Of a stretch of 64,000 nt of DNA, positions 18,691-28,322 are shown piece by piece. The position numbers and the translations under genes are program-made. Position 1 is the stretch's first letter. Each line of letters begins with the position of its first letter. Under the pieces are notes generated by a model. That model was not told the origin of the DNA. It was given only the letters and a program-made list of their open reading frames with translations, and made no database searches. This stretch comes from Myxococcales bacterium (GTDB lineage: Bacteria > Myxococcota_A > UBA9042), in assembly GCA_037441385.1 (NCBI GenBank), contig JBBISH010000019.1, positions 1-64,000 on the forward strand, in the 5' to 3' direction.

Positions 18691-19784
18691 GAGACCGCCA
18701 CGAAGTGGGGGAAGTAGCCGTCTGGATTGTCCCATTTGGGGGGCTCCTCGAAGGCGCTGGGCACGTACGTGACCCACAGGTCGGCGCCGCTTAGCTCGGG
18801 ATGGCCTTTGCCTGCGTAGACAAAGGCGCCTTCGACGAATGACTCGACCGGCCGAAAGAACGGGCGCGGCAGCGACCACGGGCCCTCGGGCTGGTGGGCG
18901 CTGCGCAGCGCCAAGGTCGTGGCGCCGAACCCCTCGCTTTGCCACATGAACCATCGACGCTGGCCGGCGTCGAAGTGGACAGAGCTCTCTGGAGCGCCAA
19001 GAGCAAACAGCGGCTGGGCCGGCAGAGCAAAGCTGCCCACCGCCCGCCAGGCGGCGCCGGTGTAGCATTCGGCCCCGGCGACACTGCCGACAGCCAGCGC
19101 CGCGGCCGGGATGCGGAGCACGGTGTAGTCGTGGTAATTGCCTTTACTACCATACACATACACCATGCCGTCCTGCTGCGTTACGGCGGTGCCCAAGATG
19201 TACCCGCCCAAGTCGGGCAGAGGTAGGTTCTTGGGCTGCCACTGGCTGGGAGGATCCGTTGGGTTGGCGATCCAAAACGCCGCCGAACCCTCGGCCGCAA
19301 AGCCCCATTGCCCCTGGCCCGGCTGAGCCAGCCACTGGCCAAATACGACCAAGGCCTGCGGACTTGCCTGGCCTGCGCCGACGACCGCGGCCCCGCCCGG
19401 CCAAAACCAAAGCCCCCCTTGTTCGCCAAAGAACGATCCGGGGTGGCCGTCGCGCTGGCCCCAGAAGAATTGCATCGCCGCTGTGCGGGGATCCAAGCCG
19501 TGCTGCACTGCCACGCTGTTGCGGATGAACCAGGCGTCGCTGCGACGGCGGCGGTCATCGCGGGCGATCAGCGAGTCGCCGAACAGCCACAAGACCCGCT
19601 CGCCGCCCAGCGCCACGCTGTAGGCCCCGTCGCCGCCGATCCAGCGCGCATCCCGGCGAAACAACTGATTAGCCTGCAAGTCCTCGTGTGCATTGGGCAG
19701 CGGCGGGAGATCGGCTTGGGCGGCACAGCCGATGGCCAGCACCACGACGGCGACGAACAGCAGCCATGGAGCGGACTTGCCCAT
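18684..19784 (-). CDS. DUF4185/DUF5005-like beta-propeller protein (putative glycoside hydrolase)
   Basis: WIGGDGAYSVALGGERVLWLFGDS, RNSVAV, VYVYG, PESSV, PEGPWS, YAGKGHPEL. Confidence 0.7.
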   Translation of the reverse strand: MGKSAPWLLFVAVVVLAIGCAAQADLPPLPNAHEDLQANQLFRRDARWIGGDGAYSVALGGERVLWLFGDSLIARDDRRRRSDAWFIRNSVAVQHGLDPRTAAMQFFWGQRDGHPGSFFGEQGGLWFWPGGAAVVGAGQASPQALVVFGQWLAQPGQGQWGFAAEGSAAFWIANPTDPPSQWQPKNLPLPDLGGYILGTAVTQQDGMVYVYGSKGNYHDYTVLRIPAAALAVGSVAGAECYTGAAWRAVGSFALPAQPLFALGAPESSVHFDAGQRRWFMWQSEGFGATTLALRSAHQPEGPWSLPRPFFRPVESFVEGAFVYAGKGHPELSGADLWVTYVPSAFEEPPKWDNPDGYFPHFVAVSW

Positions 19785-19866
19785 CTGGTCGCCTGGCCGG
19801 ACCGCGGCCGTGGCGACAGCGTAGCGGCGCTCTGGATCCCGCGCAAATCGCTTGGCGAATCAAACG

Positions 19867-20904
19867 TCAGTCCCAGCGGAAGATGCGCACCGCCACCACC
19901 AGCGAGATCACGCCGATGCCGCCCAACACGGCCAGCTGCGGCAGCACGCCCACCAGGCCCGAGGCCTCGTTCTGCACCGCGCGCAGGCCATCATTCAGCG
20001 CAGTGAGCGGCAGCAAACGCAGCAAAGGCTGGGCGATCTCTGGGAAATTCTTGACCGAAAAGAACACGCCCGAACCCACGAACATCGGCATCGACACCAG
20101 GTTCATCAGGCCGCTGGCGGTCTGGGTGGTCTTGGCCCGCGACGCGACGAGCAGGCCCACGCCGGCAAAGGCGACCGCGCCCGTCACGGCCACCGCCAGG
20201 TAGGCCAGCAAAGAACCCTGGATGCGCACATCAAAAAGCAGGTACGCCATCCCCATCACCACCGGCAATTCCACCAAGAGCAGCAGCAGCCGCGTGATCA
20301 AGAACGACAGCAAGAAGTCGCTCCGGCGCATCGGCGTGGCCACCAACCTTCGCAACAGGCGCTTGCTGCGCATCTCGACGATCGAGTAGCCCACGCCCCA
20401 CAAGCCGCTCTGCATCAGGTTCATACCGATGAGGCCCGGCACCAGGAAATCCACGTAGCGCGCGCCGGGCTCGTCCACCACTTGATTGGCGATCTCGGCC
20501 ACGTCGCGCCGGCCTTGCGAGCGCTGAATCGCGTTGTCGGTCAGGAGCTTGGCCACGCGCGACTCCGGCCGGGTCGGATCAAAGCGGACGGTCAGCGGCG
20601 GCTCGGGCTGCACCGACAGCGCCGCCAGACCCGCCCGAAGTTGCCGGGCCGCCTCGCTGGCTGCCACGATCGTCACCGTCAATTGCTTGTCGTCGCGCAG
20701 GGCCTTGGCGACTTGCTCCGCGCTGGGCCCAGCCTCGACTAGCACGGTGACCGCCTCGGCCGGCCGGTTGCGAAAGGCCACGCCCAAGGCAATCGTCAGC
20801 AGAATCGGGAAGCCAAAACTCCAGAACAACACTTCGGGTTCGCGCATCCAGGTCCGGATTCGCGCCAGAGTCAGGTGCCACAACGGGGTGTCGCGCAGGG
20901 CCAT
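19867..20904 (-). CDS. ABC-2 type exporter permease
   Basis: REPEVLFWSFGFP, RYVDFLVPGLIGM, LRRLVATP, six hydrophobic segments. Confidence 0.92.
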   Translation of the reverse strand: MALRDTPLWHLTLARIRTWMREPEVLFWSFGFPILLTIALGVAFRNRPAEAVTVLVEAGPSAEQVAKALRDDKQLTVTIVAASEAARQLRAGLAALSVQPEPPLTVRFDPTRPESRVAKLLTDNAIQRSQGRRDVAEIANQVVDEPGARYVDFLVPGLIGMNLMQSGLWGVGYSIVEMRSKRLLRRLVATPMRRSDFLLSFLITRLLLLLVELPVVMGMAYLLFDVRIQGSLLAYLAVAVTGAVAFAGVGLLVASRAKTTQTASGLMNLVSMPMFVGSGVFFSVKNFPEIAQPLLRLLPLTALNDGLRAVQNEASGLVGVLPQLAVLGGIGVISLVVAVRIFRWD

Positions 20905-20928
20905 CGGCGTTTCTCCTCTTGTCGCGGC

Positions 20929-21849
20929 TCAATCGCGCAGGTGACGGCCCGTCAGCACGACGAACACATCTTCGAGCGTGGGCTGGTGCGTCTGCATTTC
21001 CTGAAGAGCCACACCGTGTTGGGCGAGCTCGGTCAGCAACGACGGCACAGCCAGCGCCAAATTCGCCACGGTCAGGTGCGCACTGCAGCCGTCGACGCGC
21101 GGCCGACTGCCGGTCGCCACCGCCTCCAGCGCGCCCAGTGTAAGCGGCTGATCCGTGGTGAGGTTCAGGACGATGCCACCCACATGCTCGGCGATCAGGT
21201 CGCGCGGACGGCCCAGCGCGATGACCTGGCCGTGATCGACGATCGCCACGCGATCGCACAGCCGCTCGGCCTCGTCCATGTAGTGCGTCGTCAGCAGCAC
21301 CGTGCGTCCGCGCGCCTTGAAGTCAGCGATCACTTCCCAAAGTTGGCGTCGTGACTGGGGATCCAGTCCCGTCGTGGGCTCATCCAAGAACAGCAGCTCG
21401 GGATCGCCCACCAGCGCACACGCCACCGCGACGCGCTGCTTTTGACCACCCGACAGCCGGTCGAACCACGCGTCGCGCTTTTCTTGCAGCGAAACCTGCG
21501 CCAGTACTTCGTCCACGCTGCGGGCGCTGTGGTAGAAACTCTGAAACATCGCAAGGATTTCCGTGATGGTCAGCCGTTCGCTCAGGTAGGTTTGTTGCAG
21601 CGTGATCCCGATCCGCTGGCGGATGGTGTCGGCATCGGTCTGCCAGTCGCGCCCCAAAACGCGCACGCGGCCGCTGCTGGGCGCCACCAGCCCTTCCAGG
21701 ATCTCGATGGTGGTGGTCTTGCCGGCCCCGTTGGGGCCCAGCAGCCCAAAGCATTCGCCTGCGGCCACCTGCAAGTCCAAGCCGCGCACGGCGTGCACCG
21801 CCGGCGGCCATGTCTTGTGCAGTTCCTGTACGTCGATTGCCAGATCCAT
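20929..21849 (-). CDS. ABC exporter ATP-binding protein
   Basis: GPNGAGKTT, LSGGQKQR, LFLDEPTTGLD, TTHYMDEAE. Confidence 0.95.
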   Translation of the reverse strand: MDLAIDVQELHKTWPPAVHAVRGLDLQVAAGECFGLLGPNGAGKTTTIEILEGLVAPSSGRVRVLGRDWQTDADTIRQRIGITLQQTYLSERLTITEILAMFQSFYHSARSVDEVLAQVSLQEKRDAWFDRLSGGQKQRVAVACALVGDPELLFLDEPTTGLDPQSRRQLWEVIADFKARGRTVLLTTHYMDEAERLCDRVAIVDHGQVIALGRPRDLIAEHVGGIVLNLTTDQPLTLGALEAVATGSRPRVDGCSAHLTVANLALAVPSLLTELAQHGVALQEMQTHQPTLEDVFVVLTGRHLRD

Positions 21850-22006
21850 GGCTGTCCACCTGTGCGCGGTGCGGCCGGGGCCTGCGCCCACCGGGTTGCG
21901 TCAATGGCGTGTCATCGCAGGGCGATTTGGCGGGCCGCGCCCTTCGCAGAAAACGCGGTCTGCGCTACAGTCGACCCCGCGCCCGTTGCGCCGCGCGGAT
22001 GATGCC

Positions 22007-23941
22007 ATGAATCGCCCGATTCGCCTTGCCCTTGTTGCCGTTGCCGCGGTGGTTGCGGGCGCCGCCGCGAGACCTGCTGCCGCTGATATCGCCAAGTTCG
22101 ACATCGATGGCCGCATCTACACCAAGCACCTGTACCAAAACGACGACAGTCAAGGCTTGCTGACTCTAGGTAACCCCTTCTGGCCAGACAAGATTTCGGG
22201 TCACAACGGCATTGGCAGCGAGCTGGAACTGATCATCCGCGGCAAGGTGTCGCAGTACGTCGAGGCGGGCGCCCGCCTGGCTTCGCGCTTTGGCATGCGC
22301 TGGCAAGACTGGTGGGCCTCGGGCGATCTGGCCTACGCGCAAGAGAACACCTCGGGCGACTCGGAGGGCATGAACCGCGCGGCCTACATGCAACTGCGCG
22401 GCTCGTACATCCAGATCACGCCGGACACGCCGGCGATCAGCTACGTGCGGGTGGGTGCTCACGATTTCTCGCTCTTCAACCCGTGGACCATCGGCAAGGT
22501 CCGCTACATCGACCGCGACAACGGCCGCGGCTACTTTGTGGGCGGCAAGCTGGGCGACGACGAGCAGGTACAGTGGTTCGCCGCGGCGATCGCCATGCCC
22601 AAGCTGTTTGTCGGACCCGGCTGGTCCACTGGCCTGGGCGACCCGCTGCTGACCAACGCGTTCTGGTCGCGCGATTGGGCGTACGCCGGCACCTTGAAGT
22701 TGCAGATCAACGACACCACCAGCGTGCGCTGGGTGGGCGACTTCACCCAAGATCTCGAGGTGAACCGCGCCGATCCCGACGCCGTGGGCACGACCAACCC
22801 CACCTGCAGCGACACGCTGGGCCAGCCCATCCCCGGCTGCGCCAAGGACCACGCGGTCGACCTGCTCACGCGCTACGCCAGCGGCAACACCACCGTGGAC
22901 TTCAACAGCGAGCCCACCGAGTGGCTGCGCATCACGGGCCTCATCGGCTACTCGTGGCAGCGCATCGACCCCAAGCTCGCCGCCAACGGCGTTGCGCTCA
23001 ACCAGGGCGTGTTCCCGCTGGTCTTCAAGAATACCCAAGACTATGCAGGCACATTGCGGCTGTCGGCCACGGATCCGCTGGGTGTCGGGCTGTCGTTCCA
23101 GGCCGAGTACTTCAACATCGGCGCCGATTGGAACGCGATCTTTGGGGCCCGCCGCGAGGCCGATGTGCTGCTGACCGACGGTCTGGTCGGCTCGGGCGGT
23201 CAGCTGCCCACGCTCAATCTTGCCAACGAGTTCATCGACTTTGATGACCTGTGGTACGAAAGCTGCATCGGCTGGCACGGCGCCACGGGCGTGGCCACCT
23301 GGGAACGCGACGCGTCGCGCATCAAGGCCGAGTACACGCACATCGAGTACAACACCAACATGCAGAATCGCGACGTGGACAAGACCTATCCCGACTTTCT
23401 GCACAGCGACGGTTGGACTGACACCAGCCTGTACGACTACGCCAACGTGACCGACCGCGGCCGCGACCCGCGCAACGTCTACCGCCGCAACCAGTTCCGC
23501 CGCACCGACATCGCCGTGCTGTGGGGCAAGCACCAGTTCCCGGTGGGGCCAGGCCTGGATGTCGAATTGAAGCTGAAAGTCGTCAGCGATACCGACTACC
23601 GCGCCACCAGCGGCCCGGGGGCGCTGAACGACGACTACCAAGGCAACATCGGCATCGCGCGCGCCTCGCTGTCGATGCCCATCTACGATGGCGTGCGGGC
23701 AGGGCTTTTCGCTCAGGTCGAGAACTGGGACGAAGTCAACCGCAAGGGCACGCTCAAGCTGGGCTACGGCCACGATGTGACCGACAAGCAGACCGCCGGT
23801 GTGAACCTGAACGTGAACTACCAGGGCATGCGCTTTGCCTACTACCTGGAGTACATCCACAAGACCCAGGACCGCGAGCGCGAGCCCGACCAGCTATGGG
23901 ACATCTGGCGCTCCAAGGCCGTGGTCGAAGCGGCTTGGTAG
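22007..23941 (+). CDS. Putative outer-membrane beta-barrel protein of unknown family
   Basis: Signal peptide MNRPIRLALVAVAAVVAGAAARPAAA, alternating beta-strand pattern, rich in W/Y/D/N, ends KAVVEAAW. Confidence 0.7.
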   Translation: MNRPIRLALVAVAAVVAGAAARPAAADIAKFDIDGRIYTKHLYQNDDSQGLLTLGNPFWPDKISGHNGIGSELELIIRGKVSQYVEAGARLASRFGMRWQDWWASGDLAYAQENTSGDSEGMNRAAYMQLRGSYIQITPDTPAISYVRVGAHDFSLFNPWTIGKVRYIDRDNGRGYFVGGKLGDDEQVQWFAAAIAMPKLFVGPGWSTGLGDPLLTNAFWSRDWAYAGTLKLQINDTTSVRWVGDFTQDLEVNRADPDAVGTTNPTCSDTLGQPIPGCAKDHAVDLLTRYASGNTTVDFNSEPTEWLRITGLIGYSWQRIDPKLAANGVALNQGVFPLVFKNTQDYAGTLRLSATDPLGVGLSFQAEYFNIGADWNAIFGARREADVLLTDGLVGSGGQLPTLNLANEFIDFDDLWYESCIGWHGATGVATWERDASRIKAEYTHIEYNTNMQNRDVDKTYPDFLHSDGWTDTSLYDYANVTDRGRDPRNVYRRNQFRRTDIAVLWGKHQFPVGPGLDVELKLKVVSDTDYRATSGPGALNDDYQGNIGIARASLSMPIYDGVRAGLFAQVENWDEVNRKGTLKLGYGHDVTDKQTAGVNLNVNYQGMRFAYYLEYIHKTQDREREPDQLWDIWRSKAVVEAAW

Positions 23942-23962
23942 TCCGCGCGCCGGTTGACGAAT

Positions 23963-25063
23963 TCAGTTCTGGGCCTGCGTAATCGCTGGGCGACTCGGCT
24001 CCGGCTGGTTGCCTGGGCAGCGCACCAGCCGCAGGTCATCCGCCAGCCGCACACTCAGGTTCTTGCCGCGGCGCTCCGCAGTACCCCAAAGGATCCAGCA
24101 ACCCGCAAACGGCCGCTCGGCGCTGGTGGACACAAAGCTGGCGACAAAATCACGCTGCATTCTGCCCGGTTGCCCAGGCTCGCCGACCAGGGGCTGCCAC
24201 TGAGGATCCAAGGCGCGGACTTGCAGCAGTTCGCCGCGCATCCCCGCCAGTGGGCCCACGTCACGCAGCGCCGGCCAAGCGCGCGCCACCGCATCTGCCA
24301 GCGGCTTGTCCTGGAAGCTCTGGGGAAAACCTAAGCTCACCAAGCCTTTCTGCAGCGCCGCCAACAACCCGCGCCGACCATCCAAGCCGGGCTTGAGCAG
24401 CGTGTCGCGCGAGATCTCGGCCCCCACCGCCGCCGCCGCGGCGCGCCAGGGACCAGCCTGGCGCTCGAAAGCTTTTTCTAGATTCAACAGTTCCTGCATC
24501 TGCCACCACGCGACCCAGCCGCGTTGCTGGTAGCGGGTGGCCACGTCGGCCAGCCACGGCGGGAGGCCCAAGAAGACGCGGACGTGGTTCAGCACCTGCC
24601 GTTGCGCGATCGGCTGCGCGCGGGCGGTCAGGTCGCAGGCAAGGCGCACTTGTCCGGCCAATTCCGCCGGCTGATCGGGCTGTTCGGCCCCGTCCGTCAG
24701 CAGGTGCATGCGCAGGCCGCACGCCAGCTGCAGGGGCTCCAGGCTCGCCAACTGCTGGGCCACCGTCAGCACGCCGCCGATCGGCTCGATGCGCTCGTCG
24801 CCCGCCGCGTCCCAGCGCTGCAGCGCGGTCAGCAGGGGCTGAAACTTGGCCTGCAGGCTTGCGAATTCGGAGGCAGCTTGGCGACGTTGTTCGCGCTTGC
24901 GCCGCTCGGCCGTCTCCGCCTCGGCCTGTTGCCGGGTCAGGACTCTGGCGCGCTCCGCCTCGGCCAACTGCTGGGGCGTGGGCCGCAGTGCCGCGGGCTT
25001 GGCCGCACACCCGCTCGCCAGCAGCGCCGCGGCCAGAATCCATGGACCTGCACGTCGCTTCAT
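23963..25063 (-). CDS. Hypothetical lipoprotein
   Basis: MKRRAGPWILAAALLASGC lipobox; ATGA overlap with the upstream gene. Confidence 0.75.
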   Translation of the reverse strand: MKRRAGPWILAAALLASGCAAKPAALRPTPQQLAEAERARVLTRQQAEAETAERRKREQRRQAASEFASLQAKFQPLLTALQRWDAAGDERIEPIGGVLTVAQQLASLEPLQLACGLRMHLLTDGAEQPDQPAELAGQVRLACDLTARAQPIAQRQVLNHVRVFLGLPPWLADVATRYQQRGWVAWWQMQELLNLEKAFERQAGPWRAAAAAVGAEISRDTLLKPGLDGRRGLLAALQKGLVSLGFPQSFQDKPLADAVARAWPALRDVGPLAGMRGELLQVRALDPQWQPLVGEPGQPGRMQRDFVASFVSTSAERPFAGCWILWGTAERRGKNLSVRLADDLRLVRCPGNQPEPSRPAITQAQN

Positions 25064-26409
25064 GGCCGCCCCGCCTTCCACTGATCCACCCAGGCTCGCG
25101 TTCGCTGCAGCCAGCTGTCGCCTTCGGCGCGGGTTGGCTCGATCTCGCTGCCTTCGTGCAACTCGTTGAAGCTAGTCAGGATGACCCAGTCCATCGGCTG
25201 CGCCGCCGCCCATTGCGCCGCGTAGTAGCGCCCCTCGTCGCGATCCAGGTGTCGACCGCCAAATCGGATGCTCGTGTCGTCGTAGGCCGGCATCACCGTC
25301 GCCACGGTCAACTTGTCCCACAGCCTTGCGGCGGCGCGGGCCTCGCGCATTTGGTCCATCCGCTTGGCCGCAAACAGAAAGCTCACGTACGAGTGCAGCC
25401 CGCCCAGGGACCCCAGCCACTCGGGATCCAGGCGGTCGCCGATGGCCAGCACGGGCAACCCCGCCAGCGCCCTGCGAAGACCGCCGTCGTCCACCTTCTC
25501 GAACACGCGGGTATACAGGAACACGACCTTTTGACCCTGGACCGTGAGGAAGGCCGGATGCTTGGCCGCACCGCCCAGCAAGTCGAGCAGCTGCTTGCGC
25601 AGATCTTCTGGATTGGCAGCCACTTCGATGTACACCGTTGCGGTGATGCCTTGCCGCTGGCATTCGTCCAGCAGGCGCGTCAGGACCAACTGCTGGTGCG
25701 GGTACATGTGCCACCACGAGAGCACCAAGGTGTCGATCCCCGCCTGCTTGGCCCAGGTGACGTGCTGCGCGATCACCTTGGGGTCCGCCGAGTCGTACGG
25801 CCCCAGCAGCGGCGGGTGGGTCACTGTGCTTTCAGGGACTTGCGGGTCCCAGTGCAGCCACTCCTTGGCCGGACCGGTCGGCAGGCCCCACCAACCGTAG
25901 TAGAAGGCCAGCATGCGCCGACCCCAGTCGCGTCTGGGCAGCACGGGCGCCCGTTGCAGCGCTTGCTCGTTCATCGATACCAGGCGGAGGTTGTTGGCAG
26001 GCCCCCAGCCACTGTTGGAAGCCAGGGTGGCCACCACGGCCGCGCCGGCTCGCAGCTTCAACTGGACCTTTCCCAAATCACCATGCCGCACAATGACTTG
26101 CAGCGCCTCGCCGTTTGCCACCGCGGCCAACTCCAGGCGCAGTTGGACTCGGCTAGTGTCGGCCGGCGGCTTGCGCACGGTGACCGCGCCATCCAGGTTC
26201 AGCGCGGCCTCGGCCGGGCCATCGACCTGCTGCTGCCGCGTCAGCACCCGCCACTGCAGACCGCGGAGTTCGATGCGCGCCCAGTCCGAGGTCTGCTCCA
26301 GTTCCAGCGTCAGCTTCATCACAGTCTGTTCAGCATGGGCCGGTGCGGCCCCCGCGGCCAAAGCAAGCAGGCCAACCAGCGCAACCAGGGTGCGCGCAAA
26401 CCATGTCAT
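25060..26409 (-). CDS. Secreted GH99/GH71-like glycoside hydrolase
   Basis: AFYYGWW, GPYDSADPKVIAQH, AGIDTLVLSWW, ILTSFNELHEGSEIEP; signal peptide from MTWFART. Confidence 0.8.
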   Translation of the reverse strand: MTWFARTLVALVGLLALAAGAAPAHAEQTVMKLTLELEQTSDWARIELRGLQWRVLTRQQQVDGPAEAALNLDGAVTVRKPPADTSRVQLRLELAAVANGEALQVIVRHGDLGKVQLKLRAGAAVVATLASNSGWGPANNLRLVSMNEQALQRAPVLPRRDWGRRMLAFYYGWWGLPTGPAKEWLHWDPQVPESTVTHPPLLGPYDSADPKVIAQHVTWAKQAGIDTLVLSWWHMYPHQQLVLTRLLDECQRQGITATVYIEVAANPEDLRKQLLDLLGGAAKHPAFLTVQGQKVVFLYTRVFEKVDDGGLRRALAGLPVLAIGDRLDPEWLGSLGGLHSYVSFLFAAKRMDQMREARAAARLWDKLTVATVMPAYDDTSIRFGGRHLDRDEGRYYAAQWAAAQPMDWVILTSFNELHEGSEIEPTRAEGDSWLQRTRAWVDQWKAGRP

Positions 26410-26541
26410 CCCAGTTCCGTCCGAATCGGATCGAAAACATGGGCAATCTTTCGGGTCCGAACCGGGGTCCCCGCCTGATTCTCGCCAGTTGCAGAACGGG
26501 TCAGAATAGCCGTACCGGCGCGAATCAGGTGGGGTGCGTAT
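26404..26541. repeat. Family B interspersed two-hairpin element, copy 1
   Basis: Matches 35797-35935 with 16 substitutions and 1 indel by hand count; inner inverted repeat 26469-26486/26517-26534. Confidence 0.9.
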
Positions 26542-26693
26542 CCGGGGAGGCGAGTGCGTTGGCAGCACAGGGGCTCGCTTCGGCCAGTTCGGGCCGCGAC
26601 CGCCAGATAGCGCATTGCTCGGCCTCCGTCCAGCTTGGTCGCGATGCGGTGACAATCCGCTTCTGGATTAGGCTCTTCCTTGCTGCCGGGCGA

Positions 26694-28055
26694 TCAGGGT
26701 CCGGCGCACGTGGCGATGGCCGCGGCCGCCGACACCCGCGGGAAGCTGAGCCCGCTGCTGGGGTCGACCACCAAAGTCCCAGTCTTCTTCAACACGGCCG
26801 CCACCTGCGTGGGGGACCAAGACGGCTGGCACGACCACAGCAAGGCGGCCGTCGCGGCGGCAGCGGGCGAGGCCTGCGACGTGCCCGACATGCTGGCTGT
26901 ACCGCCGCCCGGCTTGGCGCCGGTGACGGGCGACCCCGGCGCAACCATCGCCAAGAGCTTGCTTCGGTTCGAGAAGCAGGTGAGCGCTCCCGCCTTTTGC
27001 GGCACGTCGCTGCAGATGCCAGGCCAAGTCTTGCTCGGAGCGTTGCCAAGATAGCTCGCGCCTACGGCAAGTGCGCCCGACAGACACGCCGGGGCCGACA
27101 GCCCAGCCTGCACGCCGCCGTTGCCTGCCGCGGCGAAGATCGCGATGCCCTTCTTGGCCGCAACCTGCGCCGCCGCCGCCCAGGCCGGCTGCTTCTTGTC
27201 GCAGGCGGTCGCGTAGGTGTAGGCCCCGCCCAGGCTGAAATTCACCGCCTTCACCCCGGTTTTCTTGGCCTGCCCCAGCACCCAGTCCATGCCAGCCAGG
27301 GCGTCGCCATCGCTGCCTTTCCCCTTGCCGTCCAGCACACGCACGGCGATCAGCTCGGCATTGGGCGCGATGCCCGCCGGAGCCACCTTGCCCGCCCCGG
27401 CGACGATCGACGCCACGTGCGTACCGTGACCATTGTTGTCGCTCGCCAGGTCCCCTTCGGGCGCGCCATAGGGCGGACAGCCCTGTTGCGAAAAGCATTT
27501 TTGCGCGACCACCTTGCCCGCCAGATCGGGGTGGTAGCTGTCCACGCCCGAGTCGATCACCGCGATCCGCACGCCCTGGCCGCCGTAGCCCGCGTTCCAC
27601 GCCACCTTGGCTTGTACGGCCGCCGCCGCCGAGCCAGCGCTTGCCGTGGTCGCGCCGCCCACCGCCTCCAAGTCGCCGTCGTCCTGAAGCGCCGCGACGT
27701 CTGGCAGTTGCGCGGCCCGGTCCAGCGCCACGGTCTCGATCGTCCCCGCCAGCAGGGGCAGTGCATGGTAGCGGCGCGTCGTGCGGAACTGCCGCCCCAG
27801 CGCCTGCTCGACCCGCATTTGCGCTGCAGCGATCCCGTCTTCGCCGTCGTCCGCGCTGCGCAAGACCAACAGGACCCGGCGGGCGGGCTCTACCTGCTGC
27901 AAAGCTGCGCCCTGGCTCGTGAACGTCTCGGTCTGCCGGCCCGGCTCGTCCACGCACGCCTGCACCAGACCCACCGCTGCCAGCCCAGCCCACAGCCCCA
28001 GGCGCGGCAAAATCTTGCCCAACCAGCCCACCTTCTGCTCCTTGAACGTACTCAT
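26694..28055 (-). CDS. S8 subtilisin-like serine peptidase (lipoprotein)
   Basis: AVIDSG, GHGTHVA, AAAGN, SGTSQASP; lipobox LVQAC. Confidence 0.92.
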   Translation of the reverse strand: MSTFKEQKVGWLGKILPRLGLWAGLAAVGLVQACVDEPGRQTETFTSQGAALQQVEPARRVLLVLRSADDGEDGIAAAQMRVEQALGRQFRTTRRYHALPLLAGTIETVALDRAAQLPDVAALQDDGDLEAVGGATTASAGSAAAAVQAKVAWNAGYGGQGVRIAVIDSGVDSYHPDLAGKVVAQKCFSQQGCPPYGAPEGDLASDNNGHGTHVASIVAGAGKVAPAGIAPNAELIAVRVLDGKGKGSDGDALAGMDWVLGQAKKTGVKAVNFSLGGAYTYATACDKKQPAWAAAAQVAAKKGIAIFAAAGNGGVQAGLSAPACLSGALAVGASYLGNAPSKTWPGICSDVPQKAGALTCFSNRSKLLAMVAPGSPVTGAKPGGGTASMSGTSQASPAAAATAALLWSCQPSWSPTQVAAVLKKTGTLVVDPSSGLSFPRVSAAAAIATCAGP

Positions 28056-28098
28056 CGTGCCCTCAGACTGCCCAGGACAGGCAGATGGACCGGACCGT

Positions 28099-28114
28099 TG
28101 CAGGCTCTATGCCA
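28099..28114 (-). promoter_or_regulatory. Sigma54 -24/-12 promoter for the S8 peptidase
   Basis: Minus strand TGGCATAGAGCCTGCA has GG-N10-GC spacing, about 45 bp upstream of the ATG. Confidence 0.55.
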
Positions 28115-28227
28115 GCCCGCGGCGCATCCTAAGCCGTGAACTACATGCGCCTAATCCGCAGCGCGACTGGGCTCTGCCGGTATCAACCGGCTCATGTGAT
28201 ACCGCGATACCGGTCTCAGCGAAATGT

Positions 28228-28241
28228 CGATAAATTTATCG
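28228..28241. promoter_or_regulatory. Perfect AT-rich palindrome CGATAAATTTATCG (candidate operator/enhancer)
   Basis: 14-bp perfect palindrome with ATGTC/GACAT flanks in a divergent intergenic region. Confidence 0.55.
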
Positions 28242-28322
28242 CATGACATCGACGTGACGAGTTCCGTTTTCGCTCCTGGCAACCTACCTCGTCCGCAATG
28301 CCGTGTGGCCGGCCGAGGTGCG

